Shown here piece by piece: positions 18,048-28,723 of a stretch of DNA of 64,000 nucleotides (positions are counted from its first letter, which is position 1; every line of letters starts with the position of its first letter). Below the pieces are notes generated by a model. The model was not told where the DNA came from. It searched no databases and worked only from the letters and a program-made list of their open reading frames with translations. Made by a program: the position numbers and the translations under genes. This DNA is from Candidatus Omnitrophota bacterium (GTDB taxonomy: Bacteria > Omnitrophota > Gorgyraeia > Gorgyraeales > Gorgyraeaceae). The DNA lies in contig JBHPFI010000001.1 of the NCBI GenBank assembly GCA_042572045.1, forward strand, positions 47,818 to 111,817, given 5' to 3'.

Positions 18048-21000
18048 CAGTATTAAAATTATATCATTAGTTGTAGCTGTAACATTCTTTGTTACATCTA
18101 CATCTTATGGCATAGACATATCTGATAGGATCCACCTACGAACCCCTCTTTTATCTAATTCAAACGAAGGTACAAATAGGTTAAAACAGGCATTATCCTA
18201 TCAGTTAAGGCAGATGCTAGGTCAGGTGGTTAAGTCAGACACTACAGAAGATCTATCATTCTACGGCGAGACAAGGAGGGCTCTTTTATTAGAAGGCGGG
18301 AAGATTCTTTTAAATGAGGAGCTGTATAATAAATATAACTCTGAAAGCATCCTAGAAAGAACAGAGGCCCTTCAGACAATTATACATGAAACAATAGAGG
18401 CTTTGCTCCAGGTAATAAAAGCGGGCCATTCTTCTAGATATCGCTCCATGAAAGAATTAGCCTTAAATCATCTCGTAGAGCTCTATTTTGCCCTTCCCCA
18501 ATCTGATAAAAGTTATAGAGATGAAATTCTTGCCAATGACATCTGGGCTATTGCGTTTGAATACAGGCTAATGGGTGTAATTCTAGAGGATATCCAGGAC
18601 ACTAATCTTAGAGCATTCTTGAAAGAGGCATACGAGATTATTGACGCGCGCGGAAGCCTGTTTGGAGAGGAATTCAGCAATATTTATAGAGTCAAAGAAA
18701 CTGTGATAAATTCCATCAGAAGAGGGATGACTTTTGTCCCTGCGGCAGCTGGAGTAGATGATGTTGACAGGTCGCTTCTGGATGAAGAAATTCATGCAAT
18801 AGTAATAAGAAGAAAATTGAACGCTCGAATTATACAAAGAATGATAAATCGGAAAAAGAGGCATTTATCACCTTACATTGATGAGGTTGACAGGGCAACA
18901 GGTGTCCAGGTTCTTTCCTTAGCCCTTGCAGGAAAAAACCTTGTGGCAAGGCGAACAGCAGAAGATATTGCCCAGAGAGTTGGAGAAAATTTGGGGCATG
19001 CTATTGCTGGTGTAATTTTAGGAGACAGAAAACTGGCAGGAGCAATGAAGGGTATGGAGAGCGCCGCCGAACAAGATATATGGAAAGATGTTCAGCATGT
19101 TGTCTTAGGCGGCGGCGTACTCTCAGGCGAATTTGGGCATGAGGCAACAGCTGTTTCAGAACAGATTCTAAACAAGCACAACCTTGATGTAGAAGTTGAA
19201 CTTTCTGAATGGGGTAGATGGCTTAATCTAGTTGGCCTGGCTCGTTCTGTTGACATATCGAAACTTCGAGAATTATTTCCAGAAGGCGGTAGGGTAAGTT
19301 TTTTGGTTGCAGATTTCGGTAAAACTATGTGGAAACCAGCCGTGGTAGAAGTAGATGTAGATACAGGTAAGGTAGTTATGATAAATGTTCTTGAGAGCGT
19401 TCCTGTTCCTGAGAATGCAGTGCATCCAGTTGCAAGGCGTTGGTGGGTAACTACAAGGCTATTAGATATAATTGTAGCCCGTTTGCCTGTGCGAGCTCGA
19501 GAGTTTTTCTATGATCGTCGTATACAGAGAACTCGGGAATTTACTGAAGACAGGTTGCGGGAATTATATGCGAACCCGCGACTAAACGAATATAATAATT
19601 TTTCTTCTAATATACTTATGCTCACCGTAGGCATTGATGGATTGGACGATGGTCTTTTGCAAGAGGTATTGGGTAAGAAGGATACCACAGAGACAATAAC
19701 AGGAATATTGTGGGATACAAAGGCAAGCGCCCTGGCTCTTACAGGAAGGTACAAGGAGCCCACGGCCGTTATGGTTGTTGGTACGGGTGCTATCTTAACA
19801 TATGTTCCTGAGACAAAAGGAGAAGTCCTTTCTTTGGCAGATAGATTTATTGTTACAGAAGGACGAGGTGGAATAACCGAGATGGCCGCCCTACAAAAGG
19901 AAATCAAGTCTCCAGATGTTGATGCGCAAGGCAGGGATGAAAACGGAAAATTTACAGAAATCCCTGGGAAAAGTCCAGAATATATGAGGGATTTTGTAGC
20001 GACCCATTATGGAAACACCCCTTTTACCATTGCACAATATATTAAAGATTGGGAAATAGCTAACCCCGGAAGAAGATTGCCGCAAAGCACAGCCTATAGT
20101 GACTTAACTAAAGCAAGGGCAAACGGATGGATTGAAAAACGTGAAAAAGCTCATTATAGACTTACCGATAGCGGTTCTTCTTCGGCTTTAGGCTGTTTTG
20201 GAGTTCAGGTTTCACAGGACATATATGTAGTATCTGATGTCATGATAGATACATTTGGTGGGTCTAATTTTCGTGCAATTCATGTTGATAAAAACACCCA
20301 GCCATTATCACTGGCTGACTATGAGCGTTTTCTAGAAAAGTTAGGAACTGTTAGTCCGTCTTTACACAACCAACTTATGGAAGAGCCAGATCAGGGATTT
20401 CAACAGGTTAATTTAGTCTATTTTACCCCCGGACATATTCTTTTAAGAGCTAGTCGGACAAAAAATCCTGAGAGTATTCGTGACGACCTTCGTCATGAAT
20501 ATTTTGAACAAATGTTACGTATGGCCCCCCTAGAGGAGAGAGAAGCTTTCTCATTATTATATGAAAGGCTCTATACGGCCTATCCTGATTTTACGGCAGG
20601 CATCGATGTTCTTTTTGGAGAATTAGAACCTTATGCAGATCAGATTGGCCAAGAAATTTTTTGGGCAGACTTCTGGACTTATGTGGCTTGGCCAGATTTT
20701 TTGGGGCAAGAGTTTTCCGAGGATATTTTAAGGCGGCTTAGTGCGCAAGCACAAACAGATCCTATAATTGCTAGATCTCTTCCCGTAGTTTTAGAATCTC
20801 TTCAAGGACTCAGAGAACAATCGGAGCGGGCCGCTGATTTGACTGTTTCACAGCTTATCGAAACATTTATTGTTGAGGAGCAACGCCAATATGATTTACT
20901 CATTCCAGAAGCGCAGGATTCAAATATAAAGCTGGCGATGTTTGATGTAGGTGGGGTTTTATTTAAAGTAGATTTTCGTAGAAGCGTTGAAAAATTAAAA

Positions 21001-24000
21001 GAATTTTGCCCCAATCTAGTGGTAGAAGCTTCAGAGCAAGGAGAGATAGACGACTACATCTATAGTTTGTTTAGCGATAGACAAAGCGGTTATCTTGGAT
21101 ATCTATTGGAATCAGGTCGGATGGGACCAGAAGAATTTTTTCAAAGGGTGATAGATGTCTTGAAAAGAGAAGGCGTAGAAATAAGTCTGAGATATAGTGA
21201 GTTTATTGAAGTATGGAACGAGGCGTACGAAGGCCCTATAGAAGAAAACATTGCTTTATTTAAGACTTTTATTCTCAAGGGTTACACCGTATATGTACTT
21301 TCTAATAATAATCCTCTCCACAAGGAACTTGTGCTGTCTCTACTTGAGAGGGAAGGGATCTCTTTTAGCCGCAGACATTTTATATCTTCCCATGAGCTTA
21401 GAATGCTTAAAGGCGAAGACACAGAAACGTTTGAGCAGGTTTTGAAGGATAAACGTATTGGGGTTGAGGTTATTAGTGGTAGTAACTTTAGAGCAAGGGT
21501 TTCTCCGGAAGAGATCATATTTTTTGACGATTCACTAGTTAATGTCAGGATGGCAACTAGCGCTAACATAAATGCTCTACATTATACAGGAGAAAAAGGA
21601 TTCGCTCAGAAAGTTAGTGATGTATTGATGCAGCCTGTTGAAAAACCACGGGCTCTTCGAGGTCTTGTTGATAAATACGTGCAAGCAAGAAAAGCCTTAA
21701 AAGCTCAAAGAGAAAGATTTGAGGACATGGTAGTTGATTTACCAGTTCGAGAACGGGTTGATCTTGAAAGGTTAAGAACATTGGGTAGCGAGTTAGGACT
21801 TGATGAGTTAGAGCAAGAAGCAGAAGCCCTAAAAGAAGAACTAAGTAAATATAGAGCTCCTGATGGGCATATATCCTGGTGGCATTATGGAAGTCAAGAA
21901 GCTAATGACTGGCCCACAAGTTATTCTAGAGATAGAGAGCTACCAGCAGATGAGGTTTGGGATATGGAAAGAGAGCCGTCAACAGATGAAGTGTGGATAG
22001 GTTTGGAACAAGTAGCTCTTGGCGCCAAGGTTATTGCTGTTGATTTTGGAAGAACGCTCGTACCTACCAATGCTCGTATTATAGCAGTTGATGAGTTTCT
22101 GTTAAACTGCTTATCAGTCATGGAACTACTTTTAGTTGCTGATAGTGAATTGCGCATTTATATAATTTCTGGAGCAGCTGTTAGAGAAAGAATAGAAGAG
22201 GTGATAATGTTTTTTCCTAGTCGCTTTCATATGTTAAGTACAAGTACAAGGTTTAGGGTTAGCGAAACAGTATATGATAAAGGCCAGGAGGTGCAAGAAA
22301 TATTACATGAGTCTAATCTACCGGAAAGTTCAGTAATCGCTATAGGCGACAGCGAAGAAAATGATCGCCCAATGGCCCTTAGTGAAGGTTATTTTGTTCA
22401 AGTGTATCCTCATACGCGATCTGTTAGCCCAAATGCATTAGATGTACTAGGACGCATCCTAGATATAAAGGGCCAGATTTTTGTACAGCGTGAAGACATA
22501 GAAGATCAAGATTTAGGTGCAATGGGTAAGTTTTTTATCAAAGATGCTTCTTATGATCATGGGAGGAGTACACTTTCTGTTAGGTTAATTGATATGGAAA
22601 AGCCTCAAAGAAACTTAGAGAGCGTAAAGATAAATGCTCAACGTGCTCCTCCAGGATTGATAAATGAAACATTGCAGCAACTGATGGTGATGAGTACGAA
22701 CCCAATGGTAGGGAGGATTATACGTTGGTACACAGATGAATTTGTAAGAAGTGGAGACGCCCTTATCCTCGAAGATAATAAAAGAGATCTATTAGGTCTA
22801 GGCAAGAGAAATATTATTGCAGTATCACGCCATCTAATAAATAACCCCGTAGCTTTATTCCATGAAATAGCCCATGCATATTTTGACGCACACCCTAACG
22901 AAATAGCCCGCATAGAAAGACAGCTTGCCAAGGGAAGGTTAAGATGGGTAAATTCAAAAGATCAGTCACTTAGGACTCATTATGTACTAAGGGCATTCCA
23001 GAGGCAGATATTCAAAGAAAAAGATAGATATCTTACCCAGCTTATAAATAACGTTAAGGAGACCAGAGAATCAGTATCCAGAAGAGAGTTGTTTTATTTG
23101 GGAGACAATTTAATAGAGCTAAAGCAGCTAATACCATTGGCCGAAGCTCTTGAAAGTGCATTAGGGCAGATTGATGATGAAAGGGCAAGAGCAATGCTTT
23201 CAGGAGGCTTTTCAGTAGATGCTGGTGGATATAGCATTGATAATCCAGGCGAACATTTATTGGACATTGTTATAAGAGATGAAACTGGTTCTAAGGTGGC
23301 TGCAATAAAGGTTTGGCCCCTTAAACAAGCAGATGGCGTATCGTATGATAAAAAGGGAGTGTTTTTAGAATGGTTTGGCATAGAGCCATCATGGATGAAA
23401 GGAAGAGGGGTGTCTGGACCAACACTATACCAGGCATTAGCAAGATTTTTGCATGAATTAGGTTATGAGGAGATATATGCCAATATAAAATGGGGTTCTG
23501 ATGATTTCTGGGAAAATATGGGTTTTGAACCTGCAGAAGAAAGTATATATATACCTGGTAGCATACCTGGTTTTTATATAGAAAAACCAGGGGTTATAAG
23601 AGGTGGTAATTGTCCTACGATTGCGCAACTGCATAAAGGAATAATTACAGATCATGTTGCTGAAGGCAAAGCTTCAATGTTAAACATCAGAGGCTTAACA
23701 CCTGAACAGCACGATATGCTTAATCAAGCCTTAGGGACCTTCTTTGTAGGTTTAAACCAGGTACGCAGTGATATAGATGTCCTTGGGGAAGAAGAACTTG
23801 GTAGAATAGACCCGGAAGGTGTTTTAGGAGAAGTAGAAGACCTCAGGGCTTATAGATTCACTAGGGAACAGTTACAACAAGCACTTGAAGATATAGATGC
23901 CCTTCCAGAGGATATAGAATATATCATAGCTAACCTTATTGCCCATCCAGGTAGATTCAGGGATACAAAGGGTATCCCAAGGGCAACAAATCTTTTTATC

Positions 24001-27000
24001 CTGGATGAACACTATAATATCCTTACTCAATTAGAATCTAGTCTACAGGCTCAATGGGCAAGACATGAGCGTGCACATTTAGATGATATCACGCGTTCAG
24101 AGCAAGATATACAAATTGATCATCCAATTGATAGTGTAGTAGGATCTTTAAGAATCAGGATTGCAGAAGCCCGGTTGCTTTCCGAAACCGATAAACTTGA
24201 TGAATATTTTCTAAAAGAAGTTTGGCCTGATGATTTGACCCAGAAGATCGAGCGAATAATCAATGGGAGGCCTATTACCACTATATTCGGGAAGAACTTT
24301 TTGTTTGTAGGTCGATTTCTTTTTATTACACAAACAGAACGGGGCAAACACAAAGATGAGCTTCAGGATTTTAAGGATTCTGTTATTATATGTAACCTTT
24401 CTTATAGTGAGCACAGCCCTTTTCTTAACTTTGAATGGGGGATTAATACACTTTTAGCAGTTCAGATGCTCCAGGCATATGAAGATGAGGTCAGAGGTAA
24501 AACACTTCTTGATGCTGGTAGCGGTTCGGATGCAGTACTGGGGATGGTGGCTCATAGATTAGGTACAAAACAGGTTTTCTGCGTTGAAGGAAATGGAGAA
24601 AAGGCTAGGGGATCAAGGACATTTTTGGAGATAAACGGAATCGACCAGGGGGTTGTAAGAGTAGTGCATGCTGAGTTCTCTGAACTATTAAGCTCTCCGC
24701 AATTAATAGATAAGCCGGATATTGTAATCGCCAATCTTTCTTATAATGGCTTTTATGCAGAAGACAGAAGCGTACCTCGCATTTCTGATTTAGAAGGGCT
24801 TAAGAACTGGCACAGCCAATTAGCGAGAAGATTTTCTCCTGAACTTTATTTTCTCTGTGGAGCTGTGGAGGAATTCCCTAGTAGAAAACCAGCGGGATGG
24901 ATAGAAGTAGCCAAAGGAGCGATGGATGAAGCCGGCTATAAGATTGCTTTAGAAGAGAGTTTGTACCGCGTAAGGGAAGACGAATCAACTACTTTTGTAT
25001 TAGAGCCTGCGATTGGCCAGACTCAGAAGACGCCCGATGAAATTCTGAGAAACATCATGAGGAGTAGAGATGAAAATAGAATTATCGCCCTTATCGATGA
25101 ACTTAGAAAGGCAACATATGATTCTATAGAGGATACAGATATCTATCTAAACAGAGCCCAAGTACATCTATCTAAGTTAAGAATAGAAAGGCGTAGACGT
25201 AAAAGAACGCTACTTGATACACGAGCTGAATTAGATGCGCTGATACGTGAAGCATCAAAGAGGCCCTTTGGTTTTTCTGTGCAAGAGGTAGAGGGGGGAG
25301 ATCTATTTATAGTAGTCAATGGACAGGTTCCTTTGGAAGATGAAGATTATAAAATAATACTATATAATTTGGTATCATTAAAGAAAATTGTTTCTGAATG
25401 GGGCTCTGATAGAGGCGAAGAATTGATAGATTATGTTAGAAGAAGGACGCTTTCTGGATTTCTTGAGATCGACGACATCAGTCATGAGCAGGGATTTTTA
25501 AGCTTAAAAATTGGCGGTTGTGTTTCAGTGACTATAGATATAGCAACCTTAGAGATAGTTTCACAGTCTGGATTGACATTTTTGCCAAAAGCGGATTTTT
25601 ACGACAGTGGCGTGGTGCGCGAATTCGGGGATTACGTTGCAGGACTTATGGAGTCGGAGCTTGGATTCGATGGAGAAGCAAATATGGGGCTAGATACTAT
25701 TTTGTCTTGGGAGTATGGCGCAAGGGCAGCGAGCAAAAAAGTTGACAGTATACAAGGAGCGAAGTCTTTTGAATTAGACGCTGCTTCTGCAGATGAAGAA
25801 TTGCCTAGTGAGGGGGCCGCCGAAGGCGAAGACGGAAAAACCCAAGCCGAGATAGCTAAAGACAAATTGCTCGGGGAAGAATTTGCTCCTTTGGATCATC
25901 CGCACAATATCGCTAATAAGTTAAACGATTGGTATTATCAAGCGTTTGGAGGGGCGGCTTTCAGAAAAACGGAAAGAGTCGGTACCCTTGAAGAAGCAAG
26001 CGCAAAAAAAAGCGCAGAGGAATTTTATGACACATTGAAGATTTTGGATAGCCAAGGTAGCTTGCTAGAAGAGATTGTAGTTCAAGAATGGGGCGCGGGA
26101 GATGGTTATTCTGCCGCTGTTTTTCTAAGTAGACTAAAAGAGCTTGATGAAGAAAATGGCACTAGCTATTATCAAAGATTACGATACGTTCTGATCGATA
26201 AATCCTCAACAGCCGCTGAGGATATAAAAACCAATCCTTATTTATTAGAGCATGCAAGAGTAATAGATACGCGTGTGATGGATGTTTTAGAGGGCGGAGA
26301 GAAGCTTCGCGAGATATTATTAATAAGGGCCAACTCCCTCTTGAATTCACTTCCTAAAAAGATGTTTAAGATTACGAATGGCGACATTTATGAATTATAT
26401 ACAAGGCCATATCTTGATATGGATGAGGTAGAGGTATTGGTAGATAGTAGCGGCAGGAAATACGGGATCGAAGATATGCGGCGCATACTTAGTGAAGAGG
26501 ATGTAGAAGCTATGCGCCGACTCGGCAGAGAGTTCTTCAGGCGCATAAAGTGGGAGGAAAGATACGAGCCGATTACAAGTACAGAGGAATTGCCCTATGG
26601 AGAATATCTGGAAAGCTTGGTTAGGGATGGTTTTGAGGGAAGCATTGCCCTGGATCTAGGTGCACTAACATGCCTAAATAATATGTTGATACAGCTATCC
26701 TCTCACGGCAGCTTACGGATATGTGATGCAGGCGCCGTAGAGTATCCCGAGATAGGAGAAGTAGCTGGCAAATTATTCAGATTCTATGGAGCCATCTATT
26801 CTCCTGTAAATTTTCATTTTTTAAATGAAACGGCCCCTGTTTCAGTAGGAGCAGTAAGTCAGGTCGCTTATGGCGGCGAGTATGTGCAAAAGAGAATTGG
26901 GTTGGTGAAAGTTCTCAATCTTATCCTAAAAGATTTTGAAACGTTTAAAAGATATTTCAATGCAGAAACTTTTTTTACGCCACCATCTCTAACAGTCCCT

Positions 27001-28536
27001 GAAGGTCAAAGAACAGGGTTATTGGAAACATCGGATACCCTCATGCAAGAATACGGGTTTAGCGAAGAAGGTCTGGAAGTATTTAAACAAAGATTGGCGG
27101 ATAGTAGACAGAATATGCATCGTCGACGGATAGATGAGATAGCTCTTTCGTTTGAGGAAACAGGAAATTTTGTAGGTAATTACGTAGATGCATATATATA
27201 TTGGGTATATAGACGGATGGGAGCAGAAAGAAATAATTTACTGGAAAGCCAGAGGTGGCTAATTCCCGGCTCTTGGCAGGACTTAGCCGCTTACGATCAA
27301 TATAAAGAATTTACTAAATTTTGTACTATTTATAATTTTTACGGTGCCGTAGATGCTATTTTTGATGACATGGAAAGCTTTTTCCCTGGATTAAAGGTGT
27401 TTACTGTTAGGCCGGATAAGACTAGTGGCCCATCTTTATTAGAAACTTCCACGAACGAACTTGATATTGATACGCAAGGCAGGGATGGACAGGGAAGATT
27501 TGCAGAACTCCCTGGGAAAAGTCCGGAATATATGAGGGATTTTGTAGCGACCCATTATGGAGACAGCCCTTTTACTATTGCTCAATATATTAAAGACTGG
27601 GAGGCAGCTAATCCTGGGAGAAGATTGCCGCGTAGTACAGCATATAGCGATTTAAGGAGAGCAAGGGCAAATGGATGGATAGAGGGATCCAAAGAAGGAG
27701 CTCATTTAGATTTAGACGAGTTAATGAGATATTCTTCGATAGGCGGGAGTGCACTCAACCATGAGCTGGTTTTTCATATCAAAGGCAGTGATAGTAAGGA
27801 TCCGGAAGTGGCTAGAGATGAGAATTTAAGAAATATGCAAGTAATTGCAGTAGAATCAACTCTAGACCCAGAGTTTTTTGGCGAGGATCATACTACGCAC
27901 ACATTGTTATTTATAGATACTGAAAAAGACGAGGTGGTTGGTTACGCTGGAGTTGCAATACAAGGGGAGCGCATTATTGGCGGTTCAGGCAAGGTTTTTG
28001 ACTCATTTAGAAATCATGGTTACATGGGGAGAGCCGTAAAGCTTTTACTTTTAAGCCGTCAAACAAAAGAATGGTTCTCGTCTTACTCATTAGAAAAGCC
28101 GGCAGAAAGAATGTATCAAAGAATTGGAGAAGACTCGCGATTTATCATAACATCTGTCAGGCCTTCAGGATACCTCTTAAGGCTTAAGGCCGAGCAAGTC
28201 GCTATGAGTGAGTTACAGCAAACAGTTGTACTATTCTCAGGAGATGAAGCGCAAGATAACCTTGATGGCTTTAGGCAGGCATTAGATGAGCTAGATGAGA
28301 CCAATACAGCTGTAGTAATAGTAGATTCAGAAGAACAGCAGAGATTTTTCATAGAGCACAGAGGAGAACTAGGAAGATTTTATATTAGAACACCGGGACA
28401 ATTAGGTTTAGCTAGCTTTGATTTAGAACAGGTCATGACTACGATAATGGGTATAGATAATCTTAGATGCGTTCCTCTCACAGATTCCCTCTGCGACACC
28501 TTTGAATCCCTTAAGCAGGCCAGGGGCCAGGTGTAG
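18025..28536 (+). CDS. Giant multidomain exported protein 1 (3503 aa): signal peptide, family N-domain, ROK-like, wHTH x2, zincin-like modules, HAD x2, GNAT x2, SAM methyltransferase x2, family C-domain
   Basis: Motifs VVLGGGV, FDVGGVL...FFDDS, VDFGRTL...IGDSEND, HEIAH, HERAH, DAGSGS, EWGAGDG, FRNHGYMG; ends shared with 38547 gene. Confidence 0.9.
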   Translation: MINFKKLFSIKIISLVVAVTFFVTSTSYGIDISDRIHLRTPLLSNSNEGTNRLKQALSYQLRQMLGQVVKSDTTEDLSFYGETRRALLLEGGKILLNEELYNKYNSESILERTEALQTIIHETIEALLQVIKAGHSSRYRSMKELALNHLVELYFALPQSDKSYRDEILANDIWAIAFEYRLMGVILEDIQDTNLRAFLKEAYEIIDARGSLFGEEFSNIYRVKETVINSIRRGMTFVPAAAGVDDVDRSLLDEEIHAIVIRRKLNARIIQRMINRKKRHLSPYIDEVDRATGVQVLSLALAGKNLVARRTAEDIAQRVGENLGHAIAGVILGDRKLAGAMKGMESAAEQDIWKDVQHVVLGGGVLSGEFGHEATAVSEQILNKHNLDVEVELSEWGRWLNLVGLARSVDISKLRELFPEGGRVSFLVADFGKTMWKPAVVEVDVDTGKVVMINVLESVPVPENAVHPVARRWWVTTRLLDIIVARLPVRAREFFYDRRIQRTREFTEDRLRELYANPRLNEYNNFSSNILMLTVGIDGLDDGLLQEVLGKKDTTETITGILWDTKASALALTGRYKEPTAVMVVGTGAILTYVPETKGEVLSLADRFIVTEGRGGITEMAALQKEIKSPDVDAQGRDENGKFTEIPGKSPEYMRDFVATHYGNTPFTIAQYIKDWEIANPGRRLPQSTAYSDLTKARANGWIEKREKAHYRLTDSGSSSALGCFGVQVSQDIYVVSDVMIDTFGGSNFRAIHVDKNTQPLSLADYERFLEKLGTVSPSLHNQLMEEPDQGFQQVNLVYFTPGHILLRASRTKNPESIRDDLRHEYFEQMLRMAPLEEREAFSLLYERLYTAYPDFTAGIDVLFGELEPYADQIGQEIFWADFWTYVAWPDFLGQEFSEDILRRLSAQAQTDPIIARSLPVVLESLQGLREQSERAADLTVSQLIETFIVEEQRQYDLLIPEAQDSNIKLAMFDVGGVLFKVDFRRSVEKLKEFCPNLVVEASEQGEIDDYIYSLFSDRQSGYLGYLLESGRMGPEEFFQRVIDVLKREGVEISLRYSEFIEVWNEAYEGPIEENIALFKTFILKGYTVYVLSNNNPLHKELVLSLLEREGISFSRRHFISSHELRMLKGEDTETFEQVLKDKRIGVEVISGSNFRARVSPEEIIFFDDSLVNVRMATSANINALHYTGEKGFAQKVSDVLMQPVEKPRALRGLVDKYVQARKALKAQRERFEDMVVDLPVRERVDLERLRTLGSELGLDELEQEAEALKEELSKYRAPDGHISWWHYGSQEANDWPTSYSRDRELPADEVWDMEREPSTDEVWIGLEQVALGAKVIAVDFGRTLVPTNARIIAVDEFLLNCLSVMELLLVADSELRIYIISGAAVRERIEEVIMFFPSRFHMLSTSTRFRVSETVYDKGQEVQEILHESNLPESSVIAIGDSEENDRPMALSEGYFVQVYPHTRSVSPNALDVLGRILDIKGQIFVQREDIEDQDLGAMGKFFIKDASYDHGRSTLSVRLIDMEKPQRNLESVKINAQRAPPGLINETLQQLMVMSTNPMVGRIIRWYTDEFVRSGDALILEDNKRDLLGLGKRNIIAVSRHLINNPVALFHEIAHAYFDAHPNEIARIERQLAKGRLRWVNSKDQSLRTHYVLRAFQRQIFKEKDRYLTQLINNVKETRESVSRRELFYLGDNLIELKQLIPLAEALESALGQIDDERARAMLSGGFSVDAGGYSIDNPGEHLLDIVIRDETGSKVAAIKVWPLKQADGVSYDKKGVFLEWFGIEPSWMKGRGVSGPTLYQALARFLHELGYEEIYANIKWGSDDFWENMGFEPAEESIYIPGSIPGFYIEKPGVIRGGNCPTIAQLHKGIITDHVAEGKASMLNIRGLTPEQHDMLNQALGTFFVGLNQVRSDIDVLGEEELGRIDPEGVLGEVEDLRAYRFTREQLQQALEDIDALPEDIEYIIANLIAHPGRFRDTKGIPRATNLFILDEHYNILTQLESSLQAQWARHERAHLDDITRSEQDIQIDHPIDSVVGSLRIRIAEARLLSETDKLDEYFLKEVWPDDLTQKIERIINGRPITTIFGKNFLFVGRFLFITQTERGKHKDELQDFKDSVIICNLSYSEHSPFLNFEWGINTLLAVQMLQAYEDEVRGKTLLDAGSGSDAVLGMVAHRLGTKQVFCVEGNGEKARGSRTFLEINGIDQGVVRVVHAEFSELLSSPQLIDKPDIVIANLSYNGFYAEDRSVPRISDLEGLKNWHSQLARRFSPELYFLCGAVEEFPSRKPAGWIEVAKGAMDEAGYKIALEESLYRVREDESTTFVLEPAIGQTQKTPDEILRNIMRSRDENRIIALIDELRKATYDSIEDTDIYLNRAQVHLSKLRIERRRRKRTLLDTRAELDALIREASKRPFGFSVQEVEGGDLFIVVNGQVPLEDEDYKIILYNLVSLKKIVSEWGSDRGEELIDYVRRRTLSGFLEIDDISHEQGFLSLKIGGCVSVTIDIATLEIVSQSGLTFLPKADFYDSGVVREFGDYVAGLMESELGFDGEANMGLDTILSWEYGARAASKKVDSIQGAKSFELDAASADEELPSEGAAEGEDGKTQAEIAKDKLLGEEFAPLDHPHNIANKLNDWYYQAFGGAAFRKTERVGTLEEASAKKSAEEFYDTLKILDSQGSLLEEIVVQEWGAGDGYSAAVFLSRLKELDEENGTSYYQRLRYVLIDKSSTAAEDIKTNPYLLEHARVIDTRVMDVLEGGEKLREILLIRANSLLNSLPKKMFKITNGDIYELYTRPYLDMDEVEVLVDSSGRKYGIEDMRRILSEEDVEAMRRLGREFFRRIKWEERYEPITSTEELPYGEYLESLVRDGFEGSIALDLGALTCLNNMLIQLSSHGSLRICDAGAVEYPEIGEVAGKLFRFYGAIYSPVNFHFLNETAPVSVGAVSQVAYGGEYVQKRIGLVKVLNLILKDFETFKRYFNAETFFTPPSLTVPEGQRTGLLETSDTLMQEYGFSEEGLEVFKQRLADSRQNMHRRRIDEIALSFEETGNFVGNYVDAYIYWVYRRMGAERNNLLESQRWLIPGSWQDLAAYDQYKEFTKFCTIYNFYGAVDAIFDDMESFFPGLKVFTVRPDKTSGPSLLETSTNELDIDTQGRDGQGRFAELPGKSPEYMRDFVATHYGDSPFTIAQYIKDWEAANPGRRLPRSTAYSDLRRARANGWIEGSKEGAHLDLDELMRYSSIGGSALNHELVFHIKGSDSKDPEVARDENLRNMQVIAVESTLDPEFFGEDHTTHTLLFIDTEKDEVVGYAGVAIQGERIIGGSGKVFDSFRNHGYMGRAVKLLLLSRQTKEWFSSYSLEKPAERMYQRIGEDSRFIITSVRPSGYLLRLKAEQVAMSELQQTVVLFSGDEAQDNLDGFRQALDELDETNTAVVIVDSEEQQRFFIEHRGELGRFYIRTPGQLGLASFDLEQVMTTIMGIDNLRCVPLTDSLCDTFESLKQARGQV
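19909..20163 (+). repeat. Intragenic ~250-bp wHTH-like cassette, copy 1
   Basis: QGRD..GKF.E.PGKSPEYMRDFVATHYG..PFTIAQYIKDWE.ANPGRRLP.STAYSDL; high nucleotide similarity to copies 2 and 3. Confidence 0.9.
27463..27684 (+). repeat. Intragenic wHTH-like cassette, copy 2
   Basis: Same sequence family as 19909-20163. Confidence 0.9.
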
Positions 28537-28567
28537 GAAATAGGGCTCCGCCCCCCTAATAATTTGC

Positions 28568-28596
28568 TTGACAAACAAGAGGGGTTAGTATATACT
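28568..28596 (+). promoter_or_regulatory. Sigma70 promoter of cold-shock gene with long 5' UTR
   Basis: TTGACA-17-TATACT. Confidence 0.75.
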
Positions 28597-28723
28597 ATAT
28601 TTAGTTTAGTAGTAAATAAGTGAGTAGAAGTCTTTGGCCGTAAGGCAAAAAGAAGTCGCCTTTCGGTTTTTTTTATTTTCTGCCGTTGTTTACTATAATC
28701 TTAATGAAAGGAGGTAGTAGATA

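Noticed and set aside
19909-20163. wHTH cassette as a DGR template/variable repeat or an intein
   Set aside because: No reverse transcriptase in the window, differences are not adenine-specific, and there are no intein C/S...HN termini.
18025-28536. Giant proteins as NRPS/PKS, RTX adhesin or Rhs toxin
   Set aside because: No A/C/KS domains, GGxGxD repeats, Ig-like repeats or YD repeats are visible.
18583-28574. Many short minus-strand ORFs within the giant genes and elsewhere in the track
   Set aside because: Antisense shadows of long + strand genes, without SD or recognisable motifs.
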